NCBI GenBank assembly: GCA_902536305.1
Contig: CACAWX010000003.1
Span: 9,599 to 73,598 of the forward strand
Direction of reading: 5' to 3'
Length of the DNA stretch: 64,000 nucleotides
From: an uncultured Pelagibacteraceae bacterium
GTDB taxonomy: Bacteria > Pseudomonadota > Alphaproteobacteria > Pelagibacterales > Pelagibacteraceae
The first letter of the stretch is position 1; every line of letters begins with the position of its first letter. Of this stretch, positions 9,157 to 20,513 are shown piece after piece. A program made the position numbers and the translations under genes. The notes under the pieces are model-generated. The model did not search any database. It worked only from the letters and a program-made list of their open reading frames with translations, and was not told the DNA's origin.

Positions 9157-10239
9157 TTAAAACGCCATAGTTACTGCAAGTAATGTTTGGTCTACGTTAG
9201 CACCAACTACGTATGAATTGTTATCATGCGAAGCGTGAGATACTGCGATAGTCATACCACCCATTGTATAAGCTAACTGAACAGCAGAAGATTCTTGTTC
9301 TACTGATGTGCTATCTAACTTATTAGCTTCTGATGTTTCTCTTTCGTAAGAAACAGAAAGATCATCACTAGCAGCAAATGCTATTGAGTAGTTTTGTTGT
9401 CTGTAGTCTTCAACAGTTGTTGTTGAAGTACCATCAGCGTTATCTCTTAATAACGGAGCTTTGAAAGCTTCAGAGAAACCAATTGAGAATGGACCAGTTG
9501 CATATGTTGCGTAGTAAGCACCTGATTCTGCTTCTTGGTCATTTTTCGCCATACCTTGGTCACCACCAAATTGGAAGTAAGAAGTACCTACAGTTAATCC
9601 ATCAACTGGAGTTGCTTTTACTTGCATTTCAGTAGCTGTTGCACCGGCTTGGTCAACTGCACCTGTAGTTACACCACCAGCGTTATTTCCTGAAGAACCA
9701 GCTGAGATATCAGCAGTGTTTGTTGCGTAAGCAATCTTGAAAGATGTGCCAAACGGTAACAAGTCTGCAGGAGTGTGGTATTGCACGTTATTGTAACTGT
9801 CGATAGTAAAGTTATCAGACGTTCCAGAAGGATCACCGATATCAGTTGGTCTTGCGTAAACTGATTGTGATGCAGCATCTTCTACGTCTAATCCACCTTC
9901 AGAGATGAAAACACCAACTGTTCCGTAAGGAGTAGAAAGTGTTAATTTAGTATCATCGTTCTCTGCGTCTGCAGCTGTACTAGCAGTTGTGCTAGCTGAT
10001 ACAGCATTTGGATCTAATTCCATAGAGTATGACCATGTGTAACCATTGTCTAACTCACCTGCAGCAGTAAAGTTTAATTCGTTAGTAATACCTAAACCTT
10101 TACCAGCGTTAGATTTTCCACTTAGAATATTGTAAGTTGCTTTTGCTGTACCGCTTACAGATAATTCACCAGCGTTTGCTGACGCGAATAAAGAGATAGA
10201 TGAGAACATAACGATTATTGTTTTGATTATGTTTTTCAT
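9157..10239 (-). CDS. Outer-membrane porin
   Basis: Signal peptide (ANA-GEL), GELDNG motif, amphipathic strands, terminal Phe; high-expression codon style (AAC, TAC, TTC). Confidence 0.88.
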   Translation of the reverse strand: MKNIIKTIIVMFSSISLFASANAGELSVSGTAKATYNILSGKSNAGKGLGITNELNFTAAGELDNGYTWSYSMELDPNAVSASTTASTAADAENDDTKLTLSTPYGTVGVFISEGGLDVEDAASQSVYARPTDIGDPSGTSDNFTIDSYNNVQYHTPADLLPFGTSFKIAYATNTADISAGSSGNNAGGVTTGAVDQAGATATEMQVKATPVDGLTVGTSYFQFGGDQGMAKNDQEAESGAYYATYATGPFSIGFSEAFKAPLLRDNADGTSTTTVEDYRQQNYSIAFAASDDLSVSYERETSEANKLDSTSVEQESSAVQLAYTMGGMTIAVSHASHDNNSYVVGANVDQTLLAVTMAF

Positions 10240-10347
10240 TGTTTTTCCTTTTTGTTATTAAGTTAAAATTTAACTTATGAGGAAATTATTGATTAAGACT
10301 GATATAAGCCACAAATATCCTGAATTTTAGACATTTTGCTGGGTAAA

Positions 10348-10363
10348 GTTGCATAATAGCAAC
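10348..10363. promoter_or_regulatory. Palindromic operator candidate between porin and DUF3576
   Basis: GTTGC-ATAATA-GCAAC inverted repeat in a divergent intergenic region. Confidence 0.45.
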
Positions 10364-10508
10364 ACTTATTACATACATATTCATATTAAACTTATCTATC
10401 CTAGACATTGGCTAAAATTTCTCAATTTGATCAATTAAGTAGCTATGTTTCATTAAATATCAAATAATTGGAAATATTCTAACTAGAATGTTAATTGTAA
10501 ATTTAACA

Positions 10509-11027
10509 ATGAAAGCATTTAATAAAATTATTGTCATTTTAATCGTCAATATTTTTTTTCTAAACGCCTGCGGTGGAAAATTCGGAGATGCTAGAAAAAT
10601 TCCAACAAATGCCCAGGAGCGTGCAAAAAAAAACGTAGAAGAAGGTAGGGGTGCTAGCGTTGGGGGTTTACTTGGAAGGACAGGGAAAACCAATTATGAA
10701 TTTAGCTCGTCAAATCCAATGTGGAGAGCTTCGCTTGAAATTTTAGACTTCTTACCACTCAATACCGTAGATTATTCTGGTGGCATGATAATCTCTGACT
10801 GGTACTCTGATTCTGTAAATAATGAGTCACTAAAAGTTACTATTAGATTTTTATCTAATGAAGTAAGAAGTGACAGCCTCAAAATTATTGTACACAAAAA
10901 AGATTGTAGATCTAATCAAAATTGCAAAATTTCATTATTAGGAAATAGTGCCATAGTTAACGAACTAAGATCCTCTATTATTAGAAAAGCAGCTATTCTG
11001 GAAAAAGAAGATAAAAAAAAGAAATAA
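10509..11027 (+). CDS. DUF3576-family lipoprotein
   Basis: Lipobox LNAC; [16 protein letters not shown]...[12 protein letters not shown]; upstream of leuS; ATG 10509 preferred. Confidence 0.88.
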   Translation: MKAFNKIIVILIVNIFFLNACGGKFGDARKIPTNAQERAKKNVEEGRGASVGGLLGRTGKTNYEFSSSNPMWRASLEILDFLPLNTVDYSGGMIISDWYSDSVNNESLKVTIRFLSNEVRSDSLKIIVHKKDCRSNQNCKISLLGNSAIVNELRSSIIRKAAILEKEDKKKK

Positions 11028-11037
11028 GTTTTTAATT

Positions 11038-13575
11038 ATGGAAAGAATAAACTTTCAAATAATTGAAAAAAAATGGCAAGAATATTTTTTAACTAAAAAG
11101 CTTTACCAAAAGAACGCCAGTGCGAAAAAGTTTTATTGCCTAGAGATGTTTCCTTACCCATCTGGGAAAATTCACATGGGGCATGTAAGAAATTACACTA
11201 TTGGAGATGTTATAGCTCGTTATAAATTTATGAACGGATATAACGTTTTACATCCAATGGGCTGGGATGCTTTTGGTCTGCCGGCAGAAAATGCTGCTAA
11301 AGAAAATAAATTACATCCAAAAAAATGGACCGAAAAAAATATTTTTGAGATGAAAAGACAGCTAAAGCTTATGGGACTATCAATTGATTGGGATTTGGAA
11401 GTTTCTACTTGTGATGAAAAATATTACAAACACCAACAAGAGATATTTATTGATTTTTATAATAAAGGATTTGTAAAAAGAAAAGAAAACTATGTGAATT
11501 GGGATCCGGTTGAGCAAACAGTTTTAGCAAATGAACAAGTTATAAACGGCAAGGGTTGGCGATCGGGCGCAGTAGTCGAAAGAAAAAAACTTTCTCAATG
11601 GTTTTTCGATATAACAAGATTTTCTGAAGACTTGCTTGAGGGTTTAAATGAATTAAATGGCTGGCCTGAAAAAGTAAAAACAATGCAAAAAAACTGGATA
11701 GGTAAGTCTGTAGGTTGTGAAATTAAATTTGAAATTGAAGAGCTAAAGGAGAAAATTAATATCTTTACTACTCGACCAGATACAATATTTGGCGCATCTT
11801 TTTTAGCTGTATCTGCAGATCATCCTATATGTAATAAATTTTTAAATAATGAAAAATTCATTAAGTTTAAAAACGATTGTCTTAAAGTTGGTACAACAGA
11901 AGAAGCTTTAGCTAATGCTGAAAAAATTGGATTTGATACAGAGTTATTTGCAATTCATCCATTTATTAAGGGCAAAAAACTTCCTGTCTATGTAGCAAAT
12001 TTTATTTTAATGGACTATGGTACTGGAGCTATATTTGGCTGCCCCGCTCATGATCAAAGAGACTTAGATTTTGCCAAAAAATATAATCTTAAAGTAACAG
12101 AAGTAGTTTCTGAGAATACATCAAAATTAAAAAACTTTGATAATTTATCAGAAGCTTACGTAGGGGATGGTACATTAGTAAATTCTGAATTTCTTAATGG
12201 TTTAGAAGTTAATCAAGCTAAAACAAAAATTATACAAGAAATTGAAAAACTAGGGATAGGTGAAAAAAAAATTACTTTTAGATTGAAGGATTGGGGAATC
12301 TCAAGGCAAAGATATTGGGGATGTCCTATTCCTATAATATATCTTGAGGACGGATCAATTGCACCAATAGAAAAAAGTGAGTTACCAGTTAGGTTGCCAG
12401 AGGATATAGATTTAAGTCAAAGTGGTAACCCTCTTGCAAATCATAAAAATTGGAAAAATACTGTTGATAAAAAAACTGGCAAACCTGCAACGAGAGAAAC
12501 AGATACTCTAGATACATTTGTAGACTCTTCTTGGTATTTTTTAAGATTTTGTTCACCAAATATAACCTCTGAACCTTTTGATCTAAAAAAAGTTAATTAT
12601 TGGATGCCAGTTGACCAATACATTGGAGGAATAGAACACGCAATATTACATTTACTTTACTCTAGATTTTTTATGCGTGCCTTAAAAAAAAATAATAGTA
12701 AAATTAAAGACTCTGAACCTTTCAAAGGATTATTTACTCAAGGCATGGTTTGTCACGAAACTTATAAAGATCAAAATGGAAAATGGTTAAACCCCTCAGA
12801 GGTTAAAAAAAATTCTGAAGGAAAATATCATAAAATATCAGACAAAAGTGAAGTTAATGTTGGTCCTTCCGAGTCAATGTCTAAATCAAAAAAAAACGTT
12901 GTTGACCCTGAAAATATGATTAAATCATACGGAGCTGATTCAGTTAGGTGGTTTATTTTATCTGACAGCCCACCTGAAAAAGATGTTCAATGGTCTGATC
13001 AAGGAGTAATTTCGTCTAGTAAGTTTTTACAAAAAATTTGGGATTTAAATAACCAGGTTATAAATTTAAAAGAGTCAAAGAGGTCAAAAGAAGATGATAT
13101 AAAATTTGAGTTACAGGTAAACCTTTTTATTAAAAAATTAAGTAAATCAATTGAAAGCTTCCAGTTTAATGTAAGCATAGCTTTATTTTATGAAGTTTAT
13201 AGAGTTTTTAAAAAAGCATTAGAAAACAAATTAGGTAAAAAAACTTTAATTCAAAATTTGGTTAAAATCATGAAACTACTCATACCATTTACACCTCATT
13301 TAGCTCACGAATGTTTGAGCACTCTTGGTGAAAAAAACTTCGAAAAGTGGCCAGAGGTAAACGATTTATTAATTGAAAAGGATATAAAAATAAAAATGCC
13401 TATCCAAATAAACGGTAAAACAAGAGGTATACTTGATGTGAAGAAAGATTTATCTGAAGGAGAAATTTTCAAATTGGTTGTTAAATCAACTAAAGTAAAG
13501 AAATATATGGAAAACAAGAAAATTTTTAGAACTATTTTTGTTAAAAATAAAATTGTAAATTATATTATCAAATAA
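11038..13575 (+). CDS. leuS: Leucine--tRNA ligase
   Basis: [13 protein letters not shown] (HIGH-like), editing domain TTRPDT, SMSKSK (KMSKS-like). Confidence 0.99.
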   Translation: MERINFQIIEKKWQEYFLTKKLYQKNASAKKFYCLEMFPYPSGKIHMGHVRNYTIGDVIARYKFMNGYNVLHPMGWDAFGLPAENAAKENKLHPKKWTEKNIFEMKRQLKLMGLSIDWDLEVSTCDEKYYKHQQEIFIDFYNKGFVKRKENYVNWDPVEQTVLANEQVINGKGWRSGAVVERKKLSQWFFDITRFSEDLLEGLNELNGWPEKVKTMQKNWIGKSVGCEIKFEIEELKEKINIFTTRPDTIFGASFLAVSADHPICNKFLNNEKFIKFKNDCLKVGTTEEALANAEKIGFDTELFAIHPFIKGKKLPVYVANFILMDYGTGAIFGCPAHDQRDLDFAKKYNLKVTEVVSENTSKLKNFDNLSEAYVGDGTLVNSEFLNGLEVNQAKTKIIQEIEKLGIGEKKITFRLKDWGISRQRYWGCPIPIIYLEDGSIAPIEKSELPVRLPEDIDLSQSGNPLANHKNWKNTVDKKTGKPATRETDTLDTFVDSSWYFLRFCSPNITSEPFDLKKVNYWMPVDQYIGGIEHAILHLLYSRFFMRALKKNNSKIKDSEPFKGLFTQGMVCHETYKDQNGKWLNPSEVKKNSEGKYHKISDKSEVNVGPSESMSKSKKNVVDPENMIKSYGADSVRWFILSDSPPEKDVQWSDQGVISSSKFLQKIWDLNNQVINLKESKRSKEDDIKFELQVNLFIKKLSKSIESFQFNVSIALFYEVYRVFKKALENKLGKKTLIQNLVKIMKLLIPFTPHLAHECLSTLGEKNFEKWPEVNDLLIEKDIKIKMPIQINGKTRGILDVKKDLSEGEIFKLVVKSTKVKKYMENKKIFRTIFVKNKIVNYIIK

Positions 13576-14033
13576 TGTTTAAAAATAATTATCTAATAAT
13601 ATTAATATTTATCTTTACTGCTCAATGCGGTTATCAAGTGATAAATCAAAAAGATTTAAAACAATTTTATATAAAATCAATTGAGCTTGAAGGAGAAAAA
13701 AGACTAAATCATAAAATAAGTAAGAATATTTTATTTTATTCTAAAGAGTCAAATAATAACGTGTTTAATGTCAAGATTAAAACCAATAAGTCAAAATCAA
13801 TTATGGAAAAGAACATTAAAAATGAAATTGTAAAATATCAAATAAATATATCTTCAAAAGTTGAGTTTTATAATTTTGAAACAGGGGTTTTGTTTACTAA
13901 TACATTCTCTGAAAGGGGTAATTTCACGGTTGGGAATAAGAATATAGATACGAGAAACAGTGAGAAAAAATTAATAGAGGATTTAACGGAAAAAATAAGT
14001 AAAAAAATAATAAAAAGATTAAGGCTAGATTAA
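13575..14033 (+). CDS. lptE: LPS assembly lipoprotein LptE-like
   Basis: Lipobox TAQCGY; position between leuS and holA. Confidence 0.7.
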   Translation: MFKNNYLIILIFIFTAQCGYQVINQKDLKQFYIKSIELEGEKRLNHKISKNILFYSKESNNNVFNVKIKTNKSKSIMEKNIKNEIVKYQINISSKVEFYNFETGVLFTNTFSERGNFTVGNKNIDTRNSEKKLIEDLTEKISKKIIKRLRLD

Positions 14034-14034
14034 A

Positions 14035-15027
14035 ATGATTCTTAAAACATTTGACTCCTCTTATGTTCTTTTGAAAATTAAAAAACAAAATATTTGTCTT
14101 TTCTATGGGGAAAATTTAGGAATGATGGATGAATTTAAAGAAGATTTAACTCTAGAAAATAAAGATACTAAAATAATAAAAGTTGAACAAGATGAAATAC
14201 TGAAAAATATTAATAATTTTTTCAATGAAATACTTAACATGTCATTATTTGAAAAAAAAAAAGCTTTTTTTATTTACCATGCTGATGATAAAATTTTAAG
14301 TTTCCTTGAAGAAATTGAACCCAGTTTAGATCAAAATAAAATTTATTTATTTTCTGGCATACTAAATAAAAATTCAAAGTTAAGGTCATACTTTGAGAAA
14401 TCTAAGAAATACTCTGCTCTTCCTTGTTATCAAGACGATGATCTTGCTATCAAAAAAATTATATCTAATAAATTAAAAGACTATCAGGGCTTAAATAACG
14501 AAAATATTAATATAATTGCTATGTCTTGCAACAAAGATCGAATGAAACTGAACAATGAAATAAATAAAATAGTAAATTGTTTTCTCGATAAAAAAATTGA
14601 AACTGTAAAACTAGAAAATCTTCTTAACACAAACATTAATGAAGACTTAAATGAACTTAGAGACGCAATTTTAGAAGGTAATAAAGTTAAAACAAATAAG
14701 ATGCTAAGTGAAACAATAATTCAAGATGAAAAAAATATTTTATATTTACAAATGATAAATCAAAGAATAAATAAAATTTCAGAAATAATAAATTTATCTT
14801 TAGATACAAGTATAGATCAAGCTGTAAGCTCTATAAAACCTCCTATTTTTTGGAAAGATAAAAAAAACATTACCTTACAAGCTAAAAAATTAGATAAAGG
14901 TAAAATTAGAGAAATTAACGAAAAGACATATGATATAGAATTAAAGATCAAATCAAATTCTTTTGTAAATCAAGGTATATTAATGAAGAAGCTTTTAATT
15001 GATATATGCAATTTAACTAATTCTTAG
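14035..15027 (+). CDS. holA: DNA polymerase III delta subunit
   Basis: LFYGEN, SLF, SKLRSYFEK, PCY, KPPIFWKDK; synteny. Confidence 0.9.
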   Translation: MILKTFDSSYVLLKIKKQNICLFYGENLGMMDEFKEDLTLENKDTKIIKVEQDEILKNINNFFNEILNMSLFEKKKAFFIYHADDKILSFLEEIEPSLDQNKIYLFSGILNKNSKLRSYFEKSKKYSALPCYQDDDLAIKKIISNKLKDYQGLNNENINIIAMSCNKDRMKLNNEINKIVNCFLDKKIETVKLENLLNTNINEDLNELRDAILEGNKVKTNKMLSETIIQDEKNILYLQMINQRINKISEIINLSLDTSIDQAVSSIKPPIFWKDKKNITLQAKKLDKGKIREINEKTYDIELKIKSNSFVNQGILMKKLLIDICNLTNS

Positions 15028-15871
15028 TAAGCAAATCAGATATTAATTCAAATTGGTCAAGATTTTTATATTCGATAGTAACTTTGCCTGACTTATTTTT
15101 CTTATTTATTATATTTACTTTTAAGCCAAGAATTCTTTCAATTCGTTCTTGAGCTTTTATAATATCAGCATCCTGGGTTTTATCTTTAAATTTATTTTCT
15201 TTTTTTGATTTTACTAAATACTCAACTTTTCTAGCACTATAATTTTTTGATACTATCTCTTCAGCAATTTGTGAAGCATTAGTAAGTCCTATCAGAGGCC
15301 TTGCTTGACCAGATGTTAAAGTGCCTTCTTCAAGCATCCCTATTATATCATTTGGTAAAGTTAAAAGTCTTAAAGTATTGCTAACATGGCTTCTGCTTTT
15401 TGACATTAGTTTGGCGATATTCTCGTGATCATAATTAAATTCTTCTGACAATCTTTTATATCCCTTGGCTTCCTCTATCGGGTTTAAATCGTCTCTTTGT
15501 ATATTTTCAACAATTGCAACTTCTAAGGACTCTACATCACTTAAATCTAAAACATTCACAGGGATATCGTGCAATCCAGCTTTTTGAGCCGCTAACCACC
15601 TTCTCTCGCCTGCAACTATCTCATATTTTTCAGGTTCTGATTTTTTTTGCCTCACAGCAATTGGTTGTATAATACCGTTCTTTTTTATTGAATTAGTTAA
15701 TTCATCTAATTTAAATTCATTAAAAGTTTCCCTTGGCTGATAAGGATTTCTAGTAAGATCGCTTATAGAAACTCTTTTAGTTTCGCTATTTTTTAGAGCT
15801 TTTTGTGGCTCAGTATCACCAAATAATGCAGATAAACCCCTTCCTAAACCTTTTTTCTTAATTGTGTTCAT
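15017..15871 (-). CDS. parB: Chromosome partitioning protein ParB
   Basis: GLGRGLSAL, NPYQPR, IVAGERRW, ENIQRDDLNPIEEA, HTH. Confidence 0.98.
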   Translation of the reverse strand: MNTIKKKGLGRGLSALFGDTEPQKALKNSETKRVSISDLTRNPYQPRETFNEFKLDELTNSIKKNGIIQPIAVRQKKSEPEKYEIVAGERRWLAAQKAGLHDIPVNVLDLSDVESLEVAIVENIQRDDLNPIEEAKGYKRLSEEFNYDHENIAKLMSKSRSHVSNTLRLLTLPNDIIGMLEEGTLTSGQARPLIGLTNASQIAEEIVSKNYSARKVEYLVKSKKENKFKDKTQDADIIKAQERIERILGLKVNIINKKNKSGKVTIEYKNLDQFELISDLLTKN

Positions 15872-16659
15872 GCAGCACTTTCTACGTTATTTTTTTTTGA
15901 AAATTCTTCTGCTAATTTAAAATATGATTTACTGCCCACACAATTTTTATCATAAATTACACAAGGCATTCCATGCGATGGAGCCTCTGATAACCTTACA
16001 TTTCTTTGAATAACAGTTTGATATACTTTTTCTTTAAAATAATTTCTAGCTTCTCGATCGACCTCAGAAGAGAGTTTATTTCTCTTATCAAACATTGTTA
16101 AAAGTATACCCCTAATAGCAAGCGATGGGTTAAGGTTTTCTTTAATTCTATCAATTGTTTTTACCAACTGAGTTATTCCTTCAAGGGCAAAGAATTCTGT
16201 TTGAAGAGGAACTAATAATTCGTCAGAGGCAACTAAAGACATTATTGTTAAAAGACTCAAGGACGGAGGACAATCAATAAATATGTTATCATATTTTTGA
16301 AGCGTGTTTTTTTTTTCTCCTAACAATATTTCTTTTAAAACAAATGCCCTTTTAGCGTCATTGGCAGTTTCTACTTCTAGGCCAGATAAATTTACATGCG
16401 AACCTATAATTTCTAAATTATTTATTTTAGTTTTTTGAATGGCTTCTTTTAAATTTATTTTTTTAATTAAAAGATTGTAGACATTGTTGTCTTCGTCGTT
16501 ATTGTTTTTCCCAAAACCTGTTGTTGCATTACCTTGGGGGTCTAAATCTATAACAAGATTATTTTGACCCATTATGGACAGTGAAGCTGCAAGATTAATT
16601 ACAGTAGTTGTTTTTCCTACTCCACCTTTTTGATTTATAACTGAAATAATATTAGTCAT
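15868..16659 (-). CDS. parA: Chromosome partitioning ATPase ParA
   Basis: NQKGGVGKTTT, DLDPQGN, IDCPPSL, RNVRLSEAPSHG. Confidence 0.98.
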   Translation of the reverse strand: MTNIISVINQKGGVGKTTTVINLAASLSIMGQNNLVIDLDPQGNATTGFGKNNNDEDNNVYNLLIKKINLKEAIQKTKINNLEIIGSHVNLSGLEVETANDAKRAFVLKEILLGEKKNTLQKYDNIFIDCPPSLSLLTIMSLVASDELLVPLQTEFFALEGITQLVKTIDRIKENLNPSLAIRGILLTMFDKRNKLSSEVDREARNYFKEKVYQTVIQRNVRLSEAPSHGMPCVIYDKNCVGSKSYFKLAEEFSKKNNVESAA

Positions 16660-17270
16660 TAAAAAACTTTTGCTATAATTATTCTTGATTTCTTATCGGT
16701 CATGCTTTCTTCTAATTTATAAGAGTATTTCTGACTTTTGAAAGCTTTATTTGCTTCTTCCTGAGCATTTTGACCCTTTAAAATGATCAATTTATGTGGC
16801 CTTTTTATCATTTCACGTGAAACTTGTATAATTTTATCTAATTTTTTAAATGCTCTGCTCACGATGTACTCTGATTCGATATTTCCATCAAAAACGTTAG
16901 AATATGATTTTGCTTTTATTTTTAATTTATCTATCATCTCATCTAGGAAATCTTTTTTTACTGGAGACTTTTCATATAATTTCACGTGAAAATTGAAGTT
17001 TTGATTATATATAGCTAAAACCAATCCCGGAAAACCTGCTCCAGATCCTAAATCTGATAAAGATCCTTGCTTAAAATTAATGTATTTTACTAGTTGAGCA
17101 GAATCTAAGATATGCCTAGACCAAATAGAGTCTTCGGTGCTTTTTGCAATAAAATTGTATTTTTTATTAGCATTTAAGAGCTCTGTTTTAAATATTTTAA
17201 GTTTATCGATCGACTGATCAGTAAATTTAAGCTCTTGTTGAAGGATTTTTATAACTTCTAGCTCTTGCAT
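16659..17270 (-). CDS. rsmG: 16S rRNA m7G527 methyltransferase RsmG (GidB)
   Basis: RHILDS, DLGSGAGFPG, SRAF. Confidence 0.96.
   Translation of the reverse strand: MQELEVIKILQQELKFTDQSIDKLKIFKTELLNANKKYNFIAKSTEDSIWSRHILDSAQLVKYINFKQGSLSDLGSGAGFPGLVLAIYNQNFNFHVKLYEKSPVKKDFLDEMIDKLKIKAKSYSNVFDGNIESEYIVSRAFKKLDKIIQVSREMIKRPHKLIILKGQNAQEEANKAFKSQKYSYKLEESMTDKKSRIIIAKVF
16809..16824. other. parS site (inside rsmG)
   Basis: CATTTCACGTGAAACT, 13/16 to TGTTTCACGTGAAACA with intact TTTCACGTGAAA core. Confidence 0.8.
16978..16993. other. parS site (inside rsmG)
   Basis: AATTTCACGTGAAAAT, intact 12-bp palindromic core. Confidence 0.72.
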
Positions 17271-19138
17271 TAAGCAGAAGCTTTATACCTAAGTTTCTTA
17301 ATGTGTGAAAGAAGTATTATTATAGCTGCAGGGGTCACTCCATCTATCCTAATTGCTTGACCGAGCGTTTTAGGCTTAACCTTTATCAGCTTGCTTTTAA
17401 TTTCATTAGAAAGACCGCTCAATGTGTCGTAGTTAATGCTATCAGGGATCAAGACTGACTCGTCCTTTTTAAATGAGCTAATATCTTTAGACTGTCTTTG
17501 TAAATAACCCATGTAATGAGCATCAATTTCAACCTGATTATCTATAGACATTCCGTAGTCAGGAATACCAGAAAATATCTGCCTTATTTTTGCCAAATTT
17601 ACATTCCTTTGACCGATTACCTCCATACATGATCTTTTAACTCCATCCATAGCAATTTTAATATTATGTTTTTTTGCCTCGTTAGGGGTTAAATAATTTT
17701 TGTCTAGTATGGTTTTTACTGAAAGAATATTTTTTTTCTTTTCTAAAAAAAAGTTTTTTCTTTCGTCTTTGATTAAATCTAAATCGATACCTAGATCGGT
17801 TAGCCTCTGATCAGCATTGTCAGCACGTAAAGTTAGTCGATATTCAGCTCTCGATGTAAACATTCGGTAAGGTTCTGAAACTCCTTTCGTAATTAAGTCG
17901 TCTATCATTACACCTATGTAAGATGTTGATCGATCTAAAATAAATTGTTTTTTGTTTTTAACTTTCAAAGCAGCGTTAATTCCTGCCATTAGACCTTGTG
18001 CAGCAGCTTCTTCATAACCTGTAGTTCCATTTATTTGTCCTGCCAGAAATAAAGATTTGATTTTTTTAGTCTCTAAAGTTGCGTAAAGCTCTCTAGGATC
18101 TACATAATCATACTCTATTGCATATCCAGCTCTTTTCATCTTAACATGCTCTAAACCCTTGATTTTAGACAATATTTGCAACTGAACTTCCTCTGGAAGT
18201 GATGTAGATATGCCGTTTGGGTAAATAGTATTGTCCTTTAATCCCTCTGGTTCCAAAAATATTTGATGTTTTTCTTTATCTTTAAATTTAACGATCTTAT
18301 CTTCAATAGAAGGACAGTATCGTGGCCCCACACCTTTGATGTTACCAGAATACATAGCGCTTCTTGAAATGTTATCACTAATGATCTTATGAACTTCATC
18401 ATTGGTATAAGTCATCCCACATTTAATTTGTTTGTTATCAATCTTGTTAGTCAAAAATGAAAAGTAATAATGATCATCGTCTGCAGGCTGCATTTCAAGA
18501 TCATCGTAGTTGATAGTTCTACCATCAAGTCTTGGTGGAGTTCCAGTTTTAAGTCTTCCTATTTGCATGTTGAATTTAGCAAGTTGTTCACTTAGACCTG
18601 TAGATGGCTTTTCATCAAATCTACCAGCTGGAATTTGAGTTTCACCTATATGTATTAAACCATTTAAAAAAGTTCCTGTTGTAAGTATTAGTTCTTTAGT
18701 ACGTACTTCTCTTCCACTCTGGCATACAAATCCAACTAATTGATTATCATTAAAAAGAAATTTAATTACTGGATCAGCAACTACCTCCAAGTTCTCATAA
18801 TTTAATAAGATTTTCTGCATATGGTCTTTGTAAAATGCTCGATCTGATTGTGTTCTTGGCCCTTGAACCGCTGGGCCTCTACTTCGATTAAGCAATCTAA
18901 ACTGGATACCCGATTTATCTGCTACAACACCCATAACACCATCCAGGGCATCTATCTCCCTCACTAGGTGGCCTTTACCGAGCCCTCCGATAGCAGGATT
19001 GCATGACATCTCCCCTATTGTCTCTATTTTATGTGTAAAAAGTGCAGTATTTACGCCCATTCTAGCAGATGCTGCTGCTGCTTCACATCCAGCATGACCA
19101 CCACCGATAACTACTACATCATAGTCTTGTAAATTCAT
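17270..19138 (-). CDS. mnmG: tRNA modification enzyme MnmG (GidA)
   Basis: [45 protein letters not shown]. Confidence 0.99.
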   Translation of the reverse strand: MNLQDYDVVVIGGGHAGCEAAAASARMGVNTALFTHKIETIGEMSCNPAIGGLGKGHLVREIDALDGVMGVVADKSGIQFRLLNRSRGPAVQGPRTQSDRAFYKDHMQKILLNYENLEVVADPVIKFLFNDNQLVGFVCQSGREVRTKELILTTGTFLNGLIHIGETQIPAGRFDEKPSTGLSEQLAKFNMQIGRLKTGTPPRLDGRTINYDDLEMQPADDDHYYFSFLTNKIDNKQIKCGMTYTNDEVHKIISDNISRSAMYSGNIKGVGPRYCPSIEDKIVKFKDKEKHQIFLEPEGLKDNTIYPNGISTSLPEEVQLQILSKIKGLEHVKMKRAGYAIEYDYVDPRELYATLETKKIKSLFLAGQINGTTGYEEAAAQGLMAGINAALKVKNKKQFILDRSTSYIGVMIDDLITKGVSEPYRMFTSRAEYRLTLRADNADQRLTDLGIDLDLIKDERKNFFLEKKKNILSVKTILDKNYLTPNEAKKHNIKIAMDGVKRSCMEVIGQRNVNLAKIRQIFSGIPDYGMSIDNQVEIDAHYMGYLQRQSKDISSFKKDESVLIPDSINYDTLSGLSNEIKSKLIKVKPKTLGQAIRIDGVTPAAIIILLSHIKKLRYKASA

Positions 19139-19180
19139 GATGAGAATGTAACTGTCTAAATTAATAATACAAGTAGTATT

Positions 19181-20509
19181 TTATTTGCCAATACAGAAGT
19201 CTTTAAAGATCGATCCAAGAATTTCTTCAACATCAACCTTCCCTACTATGCTTCCAAGATATCTTGTGGCCATTCTCAAGTCTTCAGCGGCAAGTTCAAT
19301 TTCTTTGGCTTGATCTTTCTTTAAAAATTTATCAATTTCTTTCAAACACGCTTGTAGTTTAACTCTATGTCTTTCTCTTGTTATTAAGACAGTATTGTTT
19401 GAGGTAAATTTTTTACTAAGTTTTTCTTTAATTATATTAATTGCTTTATCAATATTTTTATTATTTTTTACTGAAACTAGAACAGTTTCTGCATCAAATT
19501 TATGATTTTGTTTATCTTGTATGTCTGATTTGTTTAGTAAAACAATTGTATCATCATTGATCATTTTCTTAATTTCATTATTAATAGTTTTGGAAGAATT
19601 ATCTATAACCACAATATTTAAATCAGCTTCTTTTGATTTACCAAGTGCAAGTGATATACCTTTCTTTTCTATTTCGTTTTTTGCTTCTCTAATACCAGCT
19701 GTATCTGCTAGTATTACTGGATAACCGTCTATGTTTAAATAAGTCTCGATAACATCTCTTGTAGTTCCAGCTTCATCTGAAACTATTGCTACGTCTCTTT
19801 TAGCAATCAAATTTAATAGGGACGATTTTCCTGCATTAACTTCTCCTGTAATAGACACTTTAAAACCATCTCTTATTTTTTCTCCAATTTTATTGTCCTC
19901 TATTATTTTATGAATATCTTTATGGACGTCCTTAACTGAGGTCTGTACTTCTTTAAGAACTTTTTCAGGAAGATCATCTTCTGCGAAATCTATTTTAGCT
20001 TCTATATATGAAAGGGATTTAATTAATTTTTCTCTTAATTCATCATAATACTTAGAAGCATTGCCTTGGACTAATTTAACAGCTTGTTCTCTTTGAAGCT
20101 CTGTTTCAGCATGAATTAAATCACCTATACTTTCTGCTTTTAAAAGATCTATTTTATCATTTTGGAAGGCAACCTTTGTAAACTCTCCCGGTTCGGCCAA
20201 CCTACAATCATCTTGTTCGGACAATGCTTTTAAAAGAGCATTAATGACTGCGTTACTTCCATGAACCTGAAACTCCGCCAAATCATCCCCCGTATAGCTA
20301 TTAGGGGCAGGAAACCACAATAATAAAGCTTCGGGATCAATAACATTCTTAGTTTTAGGATCATAAAATTTACAAAAATTAACCTCATTAGATTTAATTT
20401 CTTTTAATTGAGTTAAATTTTTACAAACCTTATGGCTACTTTTTCCAGAAATTCTAACAATTGCAATTCCTGAGGGACCTCTGCCTGAAGATAGAGCGTA
20501 TATGTTCAT
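19181..20509 (-). CDS. mnmE: tRNA modification GTPase MnmE
   Basis: GEVNAGKSSL, GTTRD, DTAG, NKSD, terminal FCIGK. Confidence 0.98.
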   Translation of the reverse strand: MNIYALSSGRGPSGIAIVRISGKSSHKVCKNLTQLKEIKSNEVNFCKFYDPKTKNVIDPEALLLWFPAPNSYTGDDLAEFQVHGSNAVINALLKALSEQDDCRLAEPGEFTKVAFQNDKIDLLKAESIGDLIHAETELQREQAVKLVQGNASKYYDELREKLIKSLSYIEAKIDFAEDDLPEKVLKEVQTSVKDVHKDIHKIIEDNKIGEKIRDGFKVSITGEVNAGKSSLLNLIAKRDVAIVSDEAGTTRDVIETYLNIDGYPVILADTAGIREAKNEIEKKGISLALGKSKEADLNIVVIDNSSKTINNEIKKMINDDTIVLLNKSDIQDKQNHKFDAETVLVSVKNNKNIDKAINIIKEKLSKKFTSNNTVLITRERHRVKLQACLKEIDKFLKKDQAKEIELAAEDLRMATRYLGSIVGKVDVEEILGSIFKDFCIGK

Positions 20510-20513
20510 TGAA

